63,885 nt of DNA from Chiloscyllium plagiosum (taxonomy: Eukaryota): contig NC_057749.1 in the NCBI RefSeq assembly GCF_004010195.1, positions 21,275,953 through 21,339,837 of the forward strand, given 5' to 3'. A program made the translations under genes and the position numbers. Within the stretch, counting starts at the first letter, position 1, and every line of letters begins with the position of its first letter. Under the pieces are notes generated by a model that was not told the origin of the DNA, did not search any database, and saw nothing but the letters and a program-made list of their open reading frames with translations. Below, piece after piece: positions 63,060-63,885 of this stretch.

Positions 63060-63885
63060 ATTTCAGTGCTGAGACAGACAAAGCCAGTAGAAAATTAACT
63101 CTTTGTGCTTACTTGTTATGGATTGAATTTAATTGCATTTTTGAGACTTTATGATGATTTTGAGTAGCCATTACTGGTTATGAAATGCAAACTCTGTAAA
63201 AGGGAATATTGATGAAGCTTTAACTTACTTGCTGTTATTGCAGACCACTCTACAGACCTTGCAGACTGCCCCACTGTCAATTCTAACTAACCAGATCTTA
63301 TGTCTTACTTGAATTTGAATCACAACCCTGAAAAGAAAGCATGTTTTATTCGAACACTAATGAATCGGTTTAAATGCAACCTTACAGTAACATCTCAGCC
63401 TCGGGTACAGAATGATTCTGTGTTTAACATGAAAAGCAGGAGTCTACACCTAACTTAAAAATTATTCTAAACCTAACATTGAAGAGATTCTGACACAATC
63501 TGTTAGGAAGCCATTTTATGGTGAAAAGTTTGCCCTCCTTGCTAAGAAGCCATTTTGTAAAACAATTGTAGCAGACATGCGAGTTGTGCAAGGTTACCTG
63601 ATAACATCTCCCACTTAGTTTAGACCAGTACTTCTCTATGTAGGAACTTATCTGGCCACAGACGCCTAACTTGGCTGGATTTGTTTTTCCCACCTGATGG
63701 ATAGCTCAAGGCTTGTAGGAGTGATCAGTCAAGCTCACATAGATCTGTCAATTAACTTCTCTCCCTTTTGAATTATTGTCTTTCATTGTTATCTGTTTAA
63801 TTAAGAACATGCAGTTTTTTTTGTATAAGGGAAGTCTGTTTGTGACAGTAGGACAGAGTAGCCTGTGAGAGCTCTTAAAGGAAGA

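Overview
Vertebrate, repeat-rich genomic DNA, almost certainly from a shark or other elasmobranch (inferred from HE1-type V-SINEs, CR1-clade LINE fragments and Penelope-like elements). It contains four assembly gaps (2982-3215, 5865-6246, 9193-9692, 41750-42374). One protein-coding gene spans most of the window on the minus strand (ATG 58104 to TGA 4579): a concentrative Na+/nucleoside transporter of the SLC28 family, CNT1/CNT2 clade. I reconstructed 16 coding exons by hand with consistent splice phases. One expected exon is not visible and probably lies in the 500-N gap, and the first coding intron appears to be GC-AG. The protein has a CNT1/2 backbone but CNT3-like (broad-selectivity) residues at the known specificity positions. 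The introns hold three minisatellites (27/29, 15 and 51 bp units), two degenerate (TTAGGG)n tracts and many retroelements. The most notable hidden structure is a large set of minimal type-I hammerhead ribozyme motifs (CUGANGA, stem II, GAAA, palindromic helix III) in three sequence families. They sit at the ends of Penelope-like GIY-YIG elements and in short, often hairpin-shaped insertions bounded by target-site duplications. All family assignments come from recalled sequence knowledge, not database searches, and repeat boundaries are approximate.
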